Shown here piece after piece: positions 10,401-15,055 of a stretch of DNA of 21,471 nt. The notes beneath the pieces are model-generated. The model saw only the letters and a program-made list of their open reading frames with translations. It ran no database searches and had not been told where the DNA came from. A program made the translations under genes and the position numbers. Source of the DNA: Nostoc sp. Its GTDB lineage: Bacteria; Cyanobacteriota; Cyanobacteriia; Cyanobacteriales; Nostocaceae. Each line of letters begins with the position of its first letter. Position 1 is the stretch's first letter. The stretch lies in NCBI RefSeq assembly GCF_036916575.1, contig NZ_JBALGC010000105.1, forward strand, positions 1 through 21,471. The letters are read 5' to 3'.

Positions 10401-11049
10401 CCATATCGTGGAATAAAGGCAACCAACCGGTAAAAATAGTATTGTGCGTATGTCCAAATGCTTTTTGAATTATTTGCTCGTTGTGCAAGAGATTGCCGTG
10501 AGTGACCATTACTCCTTTCGGCATTCCGGTAGAACCTGAAGTGTACTGGAGAAAAGCGAGAGTGTCGCTGCTCACAGTTGGATCTTGCCAGTCTGATGCA
10601 CAGTCGCTGCTAATCTTATCGATAGCTAGCCAGTGTATAGCAGATAATTTTAGATTCTGAACCAATTGACTTTCCATGCTAGTCAATTCAGATGTTGTAG
10701 TAAGCGCCATCGATGCTTGGGCATCCGATACAATCGCTTGCAGTCTGGATATTTTTTGATTGCGTCGAGGCGGATAGGCGGGAACGGCGACACACCCAGC
10801 GTATAAACAGCCAAAGAAAGCAGTAATAAAATCTAGACCTGGTGGAAACAGCAACAAGACTCGTGAACCAGGAACTTTAACTCGCTCTTGAAGTCGAACG
10901 GCGATCACTCGTGCTTTTCGCTCCAATTCTTGATAAGTAAGACTTACGCTTTCTGTTTCTCCGTTTATTAAAAAGGTATAGGCAATTTGTTCCGACTGAT
11001 GTATTGCTCGGTATTGCAAAATATCTAAAAAGGTTGAAAAATTATCCAT
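1..11049 (-). CDS. Hybrid PKS/NRPS lipopeptide-initiation megasynthase, 3' end beyond window (FAAL-ACP-KS-AT-ACP-aminotransferase-luciferase-like monooxygenase-C-A...)
   Basis: The minus-strand frame is open for all 3,683 codons from the ATG (complement of 11047-11049) to position 1. It is absent from the ORF track only because no stop lies in the window. Hand translation starts MDNFSTFLDILQYRAIHQSEQIAYTFL and ends ...QEYQPGDKRLV at position 1. Catalytic motifs of nine domains occur in colinear order (see domain entries). Every ORF-track ORF inside 1-11049 is in another frame or antisense. Confidence 0.93.
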   Translation of the reverse strand, partial: MDNFSTFLDILQYRAIHQSEQIAYTFLINGETESVSLTYQELERKARVIAVRLQERVKVPGSRVLLLFPPGLDFITAFFGCLYAGCVAVPAYPPRRNQKISRLQAIVSDAQASMALTTTSELTSMESQLVQNLKLSAIHWLAIDKISSDCASDWQDPTVSSDTLAFLQYTSGSTGMPKGVMVTHGNLLHNEQIIQKAFGHTHNTIFTGWLPLFHDMGLVGNVLQPLYLGIPCFLMSPVAFLQKPIRWLQAISRYKATTSGGPNSAYELCVRQITSEQRDQLDLSSWEVAFSGAEPIRADTLERFTSTFADCGFRHEAFYPCYGMAETTLFISGGLKTQPPVICQIEGTALEKNKAIVATDARSNIQKIVGCGRSWSDTKIAIVEPESLTRLTDGQVGEIWVFSPSVASGYWNQPSQTKDTFHAYLDRDEEPYLRTGDLGFLQDGELFVTGRLKDLIIILGRNHYPQDIELTVEQSHPALRPSCGAVFSVEIAGVEQLVIVQEVERTHLRKLNGNDVIAAIRKAVAEEHDLQAYAILLLKTGTLPKTSSGKVRRRACREGFLAGSLDVLADWSVNPQYKNHFRHLESEIESLWQKLQTDNLSANSSESTNDRLPGLNDLPKSKSVEAIEAWLLAKIGEYLQVSPVEIDIRQPLAQYGLNSLAAVRISGELQEWLGREFSPTLLYDYPTLEGLARHLADETSASEGFAPQQIKTESRKETEEIAIVGMGCRFPKANNPDAFWQLLRNGVDAIAEVPASRWDNYACYGGFLEQVDQFDPQFFGISPREAESMDPQQRLLLEVSWEALEHAGKAPDKLAGSQTGVFFGISNFDYSQLQFDLKTRLDAYFGTGNAFSIAANRLSYLLDLRGPSWAVDTACSSSLVAVHQASQSLRQGECELALAGGVNLILTPQLTISFDQAGMMAADGRCKTFDTNADGYVRGEGCGVVVLKRLSDALRDGDKILAIIKGSAVNQDGRSNGLTAPNGAAQQAVIRQALANAGVTSAQISYVETHGTGTFLGDTIELNSLKEVFTQECSHRQLCTIGSVKTNIGHLEAAAGIAGLIKVVLSLLHKEKFPHLHLKQINPHISLESTSLSIATEFQPWLHDKEQRLAGVSSFGFGGTNAHIILQEAPISNPFLSITERDSLQESLRERPKHLLTLSAKNESALQELVEKYQTHLEQNLQESLANVCFTANTGRMHFEHRLSVIVESRQQLQTALNAFILGKENSEVSSNRSLGQKSPKIAFLFSGQGSQYLGMGRQLYQTQPTFRNCLNHCQEILSSYLEKPLLSILYPESESDSLLNETIYTQPALFALEYALFELWKSWGIIPDVVMGHSVGEYVAACVAGVFSLEDGLKLISERAKLMQTLPPQGKMLVVFADEAQVATAIQPYTSEVAIAAINAPKNITISGRIPAIASIADALEARGIETRSLKVSHAFHSPLIDDILNAFELQTSQIQFRAPSIPLISNLTGQMMYSEFIPDAKYWRQHTRQTVQFMAGIKTLFTQGYELFLEISPKPILSSLGKRCQQEERAVWLPSLAPQKEDWRVMLESLSALYISGVKIDWLGFDRDYSRRILSLPTYSFQRKRYWIQDQSTISNQKPMKTNAIATNGLNPALTTFTKTNQKETILTTLRTLVVNLFKIEPSEMNINVPFLEMGADSIILIDAVNRIEATYGIKITIRQLFEELTTLDALANYLNEQIVPEDFVLNETETEVLSRSQISQPSERATVEQQMGSNKAMEAIIQQQLQLMSQQLEVMRGNGLSTVPNFSTHNGHSKPAVETLKPAPPKPMAQETFSPLPPWKVSEIRHQGLNPQQQRHLEDLIIRYTQRTQTSKQLTQTYRPILADNRASAGFRFSTKEMLYPIVGERSQGSRIWDVDGNEYLDLTMGFGANLFGHQPDFAITALKKQVDRGIQIGPQTRLAFEVAQLICQLTGMERITFCNSGTEAVMTALRLARTVTGRQKIALFTGSYHGHFDGTLAMAQTSNESLNDNLNVVPIAPGITSNTVVDVLVLDYGNPHSLEILETHAHELAAVLVEPVQSRRPDFQPREFLHQLRQLTREKGIALIFDEMITGFRIHPGGAQAWFGIDADIATYGKIVGGGMPIGVVAGKAIYMNSLDGGMWNYEDASYPQAETTFFAGTFCKHPLALATASAVLREIKMRGSTLQENLNQRTAKLAAMLNAYFEGENLPIRIVYFGSLFRFAFSSNMDLLFYHLLEKGIYIWEGRNCFLSTAHTDADIQYIIQAVKDSISQMQAGDFLPKSSLSLNESSSNSTNSFLAESFTPEAATLQQMTTMPSTSITEITNATQVEPGFWGRRTHKPNINLSQNTVRRAKRDTSKGISFSLYYFGNYESEFDPNKYNLLFEGAKFADEQGFTALWIPERHFHPFGGFSPNPSVIGAALARETKHIQIRAGSVVLPIHHPIRVAEEWSIVDNLSKGRVGISFASGWHANDFVFAPESYGKHRELMFQEIETVQKLWRGESLQVRDGAGSDINVKLFPMPMQPDVPIWITIVNNPDTYIKAGEIGAGVLTNLMGQTIEDLAHNISLYRESLSKHGYDPELGNVTVLLHTFVGENVDTVREKARQPFYNYLQSTIGIFQNLVKSQGLKIDVEKISQEDTNYILSKAYERYVQTSALIGTPSLCLPIINKLIEIGVDEIACFVDFGVDSDSVLEGLSHLNLLKKHYKKQWQIPLIKVQEQSSNLVQTKDEVLNLDKTPKSVQLNSKVLENFQNFNYLQDHYNKVENSLQKKILSSLTTSSTKEINSGVEGIVPLTKAQKQLWILDQMGDDGTLAYKISLSLQLKGLLNLGAMSRAVQQVVDRHEALRTKIDSQGNFQQILPSLKIDISLIDLSDASDRDFQVTQWFEQENLKPFDLATPPMFRAQILKLEEELHLLVLIAHHIITDGWSMSIIVQEIAQLYSTECQGVVCQISSPQQFREYVSWCEQQLQTEKMAVHESYWLAKFTGSIPVLDLPTDRFRPPIKTYRGNRQTIQLDIDLCRQLKQLSTQNGCTLFMTFLTVYTVLLSRLTNQDEIVVGILYGGRSILGSEGLIGYCSNLLLLRNPVVSNLAFLKHVKKIRDVLLDAYEHQDYPFISLYENLKTNNKISLSSIVSTTFNMERPVAIPKMFELETDLFVQPISFTDYDINLNITQINDNFVLDFIYNTDLFDAATINRWLRHFQNLCKAIVENPSQEVSELPLLSEAERHQLLVQWNDTINIYPENKCIHQLFEKQVERTPDAVAVAFEKQQLTYEKLNRRANRLAKLLVEQGVKPDTIVALLAERSIDFLTAMMAVFKAGGAYLPLDLYHSAPRLRQVLSQSKTSLVLATSKFAPILSQALEKIPSEQQVRILLIEELLQQERSEENLSVSVTPRNLAYVIYTSGSTGMPKGVAIEHRGMLNHLYAKILDLKLIDADTVAQNANQSFDISVWQFLAALLIGARVCIFNDEVARDPAQLLKEIRCQEISFLEIVPSLLRMMLEEIEVSRPEQPNLPKLRLLILTGEVLPPNLSRRWLDYYPAIPILNAYGPTECSDDVAHYLIYQPPTAHVFITPIGRPVQNMRLYVLDTQLQPIPIGVVGELYVGGIGNGRGYLYNPKQTAKVFIPDPFSQEPGTRLYKTGDLARYLPDGNVEFLGRIDHQVKVRGFRIELGEIEAVLTQHPQVQESAVIAQEYQPGDKRLV
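1440..2740 (-). other. Domain: NRPS condensation domain (boundaries approximate)
   Basis: VPLTKAQKQLW near the start. His motif AHHIITDGWS with HHxxxDG at 2323-2343. Confidence 0.88.
2990..4030 (-). other. Domain: luciferase-like (flavin-dependent) monooxygenase embedded in the assembly line (boundaries approximate)
   Basis: Motifs ISFSLYYFGNYESEFDPNKYNLL, GFTALWIPERHFHPFGGFSPNPSV, GRVGISFASGWHANDF and LIGTPSLCLPIINKLIEIGVDEIACFVDFG. This pattern fits the natural-product luciferase-like monooxygenase domain class, as in the MOX domain of MtaG/MelG. Confidence 0.8.
4290..5630 (-). other. Domain: PLP-dependent class-III aminotransferase (AMT, glutamate-1-semialdehyde aminomutase-like; boundaries approximate)
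   Basis: Motifs LNPQQQRHLEDLIIRYTQRTQTSKQ, LADNRASAGFRF, FCNSGTEAVMTALRLAR (about 5181-5231) and ATYGKIVGGGMPIG (candidate PLP Lys codon 4756-4758). The position after the KS-AT-ACP unit matches the AMT of MycA/ItuA-type synthetases. Confidence 0.85.
5960..6180 (-). other. Domain: acyl carrier protein 2 (boundaries approximate)
   Basis: Motif VPFLEMGADSIIL, with the Ser codon at 6070-6072. Confidence 0.85.
6400..7340 (-). other. Domain: acyltransferase, malonyl-type (boundaries approximate)
   Basis: Motifs IAFLFSGQGSQY, MGHSVGEYVAAC (Ser codon 7045-7047) and VSHAFHSPL. The HAFH motif is the established marker of malonyl-CoA specificity. Confidence 0.88.
7660..8900 (-). other. Domain: ketosynthase (boundaries approximate)
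   Basis: Motifs EEIAIVGMGCRFP, VDTACSSSLVAVH (active-site Cys codon 8425-8427), YVETHGTGT, IGHLEAAAG and GFGGTNAHIILQEA. Confidence 0.93.
8990..9200 (-). other. Domain: acyl carrier protein 1 (boundaries approximate)
   Basis: Motif LAQYGLNSLAAV, with the phosphopantetheine-attachment Ser codon at 9073-9075. Confidence 0.85.
9340..11049 (-). other. Domain: fatty acyl-AMP ligase (FAAL)-type adenylating loading domain (boundaries approximate)
   Basis: The N-terminus MDNFSTFLDILQYRAIHQSEQIAYTF is typical of FAALs. The adenylate-forming core LQYTSGSTGMPKGVMVTH lies at about 10503-10556. The C-terminal motif TSSGKVRRRACRE lies at about 9381-9420. A carrier domain follows directly. Confidence 0.85.
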
Positions 11050-11249
11050 TTTATTCTCACTTTTACAAAGAATGATTTTGTCAATTAATTATATCTTTTA
11101 AAAAAAGTCTGGTACTACGCAAATTAAAATTAAATCCTGCTCTAATAAGGTTAGTAATACATGTATATTATCTACTCATTCACTTATAATTGCAGAGATA
11201 AACTCATCTTTAGCGGTTATCAGTTGGATGCAGTACAGTAACCACAATA

Positions 11250-12230
11250 TTTAAACCAACCAAAAATGTTACTTAAATTGATAGTTTATAAAGCATTTGT
11301 AATCGCTTTACCACGTATCAGGATAAGTTGTTGTTTCTTTTGAACGTAAAAATTCTTGAACTTGTGACCCAAAATTCTCGCGCTTACAAAAAGTCTGGGG
11401 AATATTAATAAATAAATTAAATTATCCCAAATATATTCAATCGTTTCTCTAATTCCTGACACCTTATGAGATCTAAAATTATCGATGACTACACACGCTC
11501 CTTCCCATAAATTCGGAACTAATACTTGATAAATATAAATAGAAAATGCATTTTTATCATTTCCACCCTTAAAACTCATCGCCCCAACAATCCCATGTAA
11601 AGTGATCGCCCCAATGATGGTTACATTTTTACCATGTTTGTTGGGACGAGAGCCGTGCGTTCTTTTTCTTCTTAGTGCTTTAGCATAAAGTCTAGTCATA
11701 GCTATATTTACCCCCGAATCATCAACAAAAACTAAATTATTCAGGTCAAATGTACGGATAATTTCCCAAAACTCTTGTCTCAATTTTTTAACTGTATCCG
11801 TGTCTTGCTCCGCTGCGTGTCAAGTTTTTTTTCGGGTCAATTTGAGCTTTTATAACGTTTTACTCATTCCTGAGCTACTAATTTTTCTCTGAGGAAAGTA
11901 ACTCCATTTTTACACATAATTCTTTTAAGGTTGCATCGTTATTCTCTTCTATCAATTTTTGTAAAATTGGATAATGTTCTTCTTTTATTTGGGGTGGGTT
12001 ACTACTCTTATGTGGTAATGGTTCTATACTTTCTATTTCTAAATAGCGACCTAGTAAAGTTTGTATAAAACTGAGACTTACATGAAAGCGTTTTGCCAGC
12101 TTTCGCTTACGAGCCTTCTCAATTCCGAAAGGCATCAACAATTTTTTGACGCAGAGCTTGGTCGTCAGCCTTCATAAAAATCTGATTAATATACTCTGGT
12201 CAAATTTTAACCAGAGCGTGTTGGTTTCAA
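11250..12230 (-). mobile_element. IS630/Tc1-mariner-family insertion sequence relic (ends approximate)
   Basis: Contains the decayed transposase listed in the next entry. Candidate imperfect terminal inverted repeats are TTTAAACCAACC (11250-11261) and TGTTGGTTTCAA (12219-12230), matching 10/12 as reverse complements. The boundaries are weakly supported. Confidence 0.55.
11286..12175 (-). pseudogene. IS630-family DDE transposase, multiply frameshifted and stop-interrupted
   Basis: ATG at the complement of 12173-12175 gives MKADDQALRQKIVDAFRN. The frame then shifts to the HTH part ...KLAKRFHVSLSFIQTLLGRYLEIESIEPLPHKSSNPP...NNDATLKELC (ORF 11878-12141). The linker has in-frame stops (SKTL*KLKLTRKKT*HAAEQ). 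The DDE core follows: LVFVDDSGVN...GKNVTIIGAITL...VVIDNFRSHK (ORF 11286-11783). The C-terminus is scrambled. Confidence 0.85.
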
Positions 12231-12411
12231 CTTTGAACCACTATATTTACTTTATTATAAGTAGGTAAGTACAATAAAATCAAACTATATAAACTTATAT
12301 AAAGCAAAAGCAACAGAAACGCTTTGAATATAGAACCCATTTGAGATCTTTTTAGGCGATCAAGTAGAATCGGCAGAAGTAGTTGGAATTGCTGGCAGGA
12401 CAGGGTTAAAA

Positions 12412-12543
12412 ATGGGGTATTCGAGCGACGTGACAGACAAAGAGTAGGAAATAATTGAGCCATTATTGCCTATTAAAAAGAAAACAAGACCCCCAGTGTG
12501 GACAAAACGACAAATTTTGAACGGGATATTGTATCAACTCAAG
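12412..12543 (+). pseudogene. IS5-family transposase N-terminal scrap (about 44 codons, in-frame TAG)
   Basis: Translation MGYSSDVTDKE*EIIEPLLPIKKKTRPPVWTKRQILNGILYQLK. This is the typical N-terminus of IS5-group transposases (DxEWxxIxPLLP...TxRxxLNGILYxLK). TAG at 12445-12447 replaces the conserved Trp codon. Similarity stops at about 12543. Confidence 0.7.
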
Positions 12544-12654
12544 CTTTGTTTTATCCAATTGATGCTCAAACGACTTGCTGTAGCTAGAAAAAGATATAAA
12601 ATGGGTTCTATAAAACTGGTCAAACAATTTATCAAATTATTTAGTCCAGCAACT

Positions 12655-12895
12655 AAAACGCCCCGATGTTCCCATGTTTATTGCCTAGTTGTTTGGCGCG
12701 CGGCACGGCTACACCGCGCCATTGCTTGTGACAGTTGCGTAAGTCCTGATATGGTATCATCGGGCGCGCAAATCCAAGGCATCGATTTTCCCTTACCCAG
12801 TCCGGCATTAATTCCTTTGTCCCTGACAACGAGTGAACGAACTTACAGCAATCAGTTTCGGCACGGCGACGCCGCGCCTTCAATATTAGCCGGGG
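12655..12895. other. Unassigned GC-rich island with a 20-nt imperfect direct repeat and candidate RNA stems
   Basis: The island is locally much more GC-rich than its AT-rich flanks. CGGCACGGCTACACCGCGCC (12701-12720) recurs as CGGCACGGCGACGCCGCGCC (12859-12878), matching 18/20. CCCGATG (12662-12668) can pair with CATCGGG (12757-12763). A local hairpin CCTGAT...ATCGGG sits at 12745-12764. No credible coding frame is present. Confidence 0.3.
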
Positions 12896-12977
12896 TCTTA
12901 AAAAAGAAAATGTAAGCCAAAAAGCAAATTTTACAATTCTTAAAATAAATTGAGGAGAACAAATTTTATATATAATA

Positions 12978-13122
12978 AGAGGATGTTTTAAAAGTCCTGG
13001 AAGGTATAGTTTTGCCGTTCAGACTTAGGTTAACTCTGACGAAAAATCAAGGTTTCAGTCATGTACTGGGATGCTTGGCAGTGCTCATTATGAGAGCAAA
13101 AGACTCTTTTAAAACATCCTCT
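12978..13122. repeat. MITE-like element, copy A (145 bp)
   Basis: Terminal inverted repeats AGAGGATGTTTTAAAAG (12978-12994) and CTTTTAAAACATCCTCT (13106-13122), 17/17 as reverse complements. No ORF inside. Same termini, length and orientation as copy B. Confidence 0.8.
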
Positions 13123-13237
13123 AAGATCAGAATTAAGTAACTGTGCAAAATTAGTTTCATATTCGCATCGCCTGAAATACTTGTCACAAGGTCATTCCAG
13201 GTAAAATAAATGTGTAATTAATTTTGCGTGAGTACTT

Positions 13238-13573
13238 ATGGCAAAAACGGGAAGATATTGCAAAGCCTGCTTGCTCAAGCAGCTACGTGAGTTTTCTCTA
13301 TGGACTGAGCATCTTGAAAACGTCAGAAAAGAAAACCAACAGGTTGATGGAAATGTTGTGGAGGTAGAAAGGAAGCTAACCGATGACAATTTTCTTTTTT
13401 TGCAAGAAAATTATGTAGTAACAGATGGCATTATCAAAGATGATATTTTCATCTTTGATAACGTAACTCCTGAATGGAAAGAATTTTGTCAAACCAAACT
13501 CTTGTACGAGATTCCAGTTGACGAACCTTTTGAGATAAAACCCTCAGCAGGTAAAGATAATGCCAACTCATAG
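13238..13573 (+). CDS. Hypothetical protein (111 aa), function unknown
   Basis: ATG-initiated ORF with an in-frame TGA 9 nt upstream. Non-repetitive, acidic sequence (…FLFLQENYVVTDGIIKDDIFIFDNVTPEWKEFCQTKLLYEIPVD…). Co-oriented with and 42 nt upstream of the next ORF. I recognise no family. Confidence 0.5.
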   Translation: MAKTGRYCKACLLKQLREFSLWTEHLENVRKENQQVDGNVVEVERKLTDDNFLFLQENYVVTDGIIKDDIFIFDNVTPEWKEFCQTKLLYEIPVDEPFEIKPSAGKDNANS

Positions 13574-13615
13574 CAACTTTGGTTAAACAAGTAGAAAAGG
13601 ACTTTGGAGACTGCC

Positions 13616-13942
13616 ATGAACGAGCTAGTACAAAGATTATCACAAGGGGATCATCCTGTTGAGGCAAGCTTAAAACCTGAAAAAACGGTTACAGCCTTCA
13701 AAGAGAGTATTGACCGTGGATATGTTCACATTAAATTTACAAATACTAAGGGAGGCACTGATCTCGGTGTCAGACTTGATCAAGAAGCTTCCAATTTGAA
13801 CGAGGCCGACTTCGACCATCAAGCGGGAAAGGTTCACCTGGTTGGTAACTTGACGCTTAATTACGAGAAAGTTCGATGTATCGCAGATATTGACCTAGAA
13901 ACACTTGAAGGCAAAGGACATCTTGAGTCAGTAGAAGAGTGA
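13616..13942 (+). CDS. Hypothetical protein (108 aa from ATG 13616; track uses TTG 13604), function unknown
   Basis: GGAG at 13606-13609 lies 6 nt before ATG 13616. Sequence is acidic and looks beta-strand-rich (…GYVHIKFTNTKGGTDLGVRLDQE…GKVHLVGNLTLNYEKVRCIADIDLETLEGKGHLE). I recognise no family. Confidence 0.6.
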   Translation: MNELVQRLSQGDHPVEASLKPEKTVTAFKESIDRGYVHIKFTNTKGGTDLGVRLDQEASNLNEADFDHQAGKVHLVGNLTLNYEKVRCIADIDLETLEGKGHLESVEE

Positions 13943-13993
13943 GATTCGCCTGTAGAGTAAAATTCATACACTCAGAACCGTATTGGAGCTGTT

Positions 13994-14178
13994 CTTAGCT
14001 CGACTTTATCCATTTTTTGACAACGCTCAAGCTGACGCCCAAACCTTTGCGGTCCGGTAGTTTTACTTTTTCGATTTCACCGATAATCAGTGACATGGAA
14101 AAAGTTTTTGCCAAAAAGCCAGGGTTTTTGCCATATCAAGAGAACCAAGTTCTTAATTTTGGATAAAGTCGAGCTTAG
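13994..14178. repeat. Inverted-repeat (MITE-like) element C, about 185 bp, abutting MITE copy B
   Basis: AGCTCGACTTTATCC (13997-14011) and GGATAAAGTCGAGCT (14161-14175) are perfect 15-bp inverted repeats, extendable to about 18 bp with one mismatch. No ORF inside. The right end touches the first base of MITE B. Confidence 0.6.
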
Positions 14179-14321
14179 AGGATGTTTGAAAAGTCCTCCA
14201 GCGTGTGTTTCACTACCCTAGCTACCGAGAAGCTGCTACGAAAAAATCGGAGTTTTAGGATTTGAGACCCCACCTCTGAGTCGCACTTGAGGCTCAAGGC
14301 GACCCTTTTCAAACATTCTCT
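14177..14321. repeat. MITE-like element, copy B (145 bp)
   Basis: Termini AGAGGATGTTTGAAAAG (14177-14193) and CTTTTCAAACATTCTCT (14305-14321), 16/17 as reverse complements. Same family as copy A. Both carry an internal ACGAAAAA(A)TC block at the same offset, and the interiors are otherwise diverged. Confidence 0.8.
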
Positions 14322-14367
14322 TACAAGAGGTGCCAGACAGTACTAATAAACTCACAAGGGATGACTA

Positions 14368-14598
14368 ATGACTAGAGACGACCAAGAGGAAACAACGATC
14401 TATAAAGTTGTCGTGAATCACGAAGAGCAGTATTCCATCTGGCCATCTGACCGAGATAACCCTCTCGGCTGGCAGGATGTAGGCAAAACTGGTCTTAAGT
14501 CAGAATGTCTGGAATACATTAAGGAAGTGTGGACTGACATGAGACCACTCAGTCTCCGGAAGAAGATGGAAGAAGCAGCAGGCCAGACAACCACCTAG
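14368..14598 (+). CDS. MbtH-like protein (NRPS adenylation-domain chaperone), 76 aa
   Basis: Diagnostic pattern [52 protein letters not shown], with the three conserved Trp residues and the WTDMRP box. AAGGGA lies 7 nt upstream of the ATG. Confidence 0.92.
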   Translation: MTRDDQEETTIYKVVVNHEEQYSIWPSDRDNPLGWQDVGKTGLKSECLEYIKEVWTDMRPLSLRKKMEEAAGQTTT

Positions 14599-14658
14599 CC
14601 TCATCCGGTAGAACTCTGAAGAGACATTTGGGTGTAGGGGTGTGGGGATGTAAGAGTT

Positions 14659-14772
14659 AACCCGGATGGTCGTAGCAATGGACTCACATCTCCTAACGGA
14701 CTTTCCCAACAAGCCGTCATCCGTCTGGCTCTAGTTAACGCTGGGGTCACACCTGCCCAAATTAGCTATTAG
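14659..14772 (+). pseudogene. Ketosynthase-domain scrap (37 codons plus stop)
   Basis: Translates [37 protein letters not shown]. This matches 30/37 to [37 protein letters not shown] of the resident KS (about 8047-8157, minus strand). It ends exactly where the KS motif should continue VETHGTGT. Confidence 0.85.
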
Positions 14773-15055
14773 GTGCTTTTGCAGCAGGCAGAGAAACAGC
14801 AGGACTGGTTAGTTGTAAAGTACATAGTAATGTACATCTTGTCAATTGCACCAAATCAATTGCCTTTGTCAAATTTCCTAGAGCGCTTTCCTGATCAACC
14901 CTGAGGGTGTTTTTCTTGGATGCTTGCTTTTTGAAGCTATCAAACCGACAGGGTTGTAAAAGCTTTGCGGAATTCACATTCCAACTCATACATACTGTGC
15001 ACTATTTGTTTGTCAACACCTTTTACTTGATCGCAGCAATTCTAAATTCAAAAAA

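Noticed and set aside
12701-12878. Idea that the two 20-mers are a diversity-generating retroelement template/variable repeat pair.
   Set aside because: The repeats are only 20 nt long. Only one of the two mismatches involves an adenine. No reverse transcriptase or target gene lies nearby.
12820-12880. Possible guanidine-II (mini-ykkC) type hairpins around ACGA/ACG sequences.
   Set aside because: The candidate stems close loops of 1-3 nt rather than ACGR tetraloops. There is no downstream transporter or carboxylase gene.
12466-12915. 149-aa plus-strand ORF.
   Set aside because: Only its first 26 codons are the IS5 transposase scrap. The rest reads through the non-coding GC-rich island and has no protein-like features. 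It is a chimeric chance ORF.
13181-13207. Sigma-70-like promoter TTGTCA-N15-TAAAAT upstream of the 111-aa ORF.
   Set aside because: The spacer is only 15 nt and the -35 box is imperfect. AT-rich intergenic DNA yields such matches by chance. It is not supportable without TSS data.
13238-13942. Possibility that the two small ORFs, which share the same frame, are one gene split by mutation.
   Set aside because: Two stop codons (13571 and 13592) separate them. The second ORF has its own GGAG plus ATG, and I see no continuity of any recognisable domain. This remains unproven either way.
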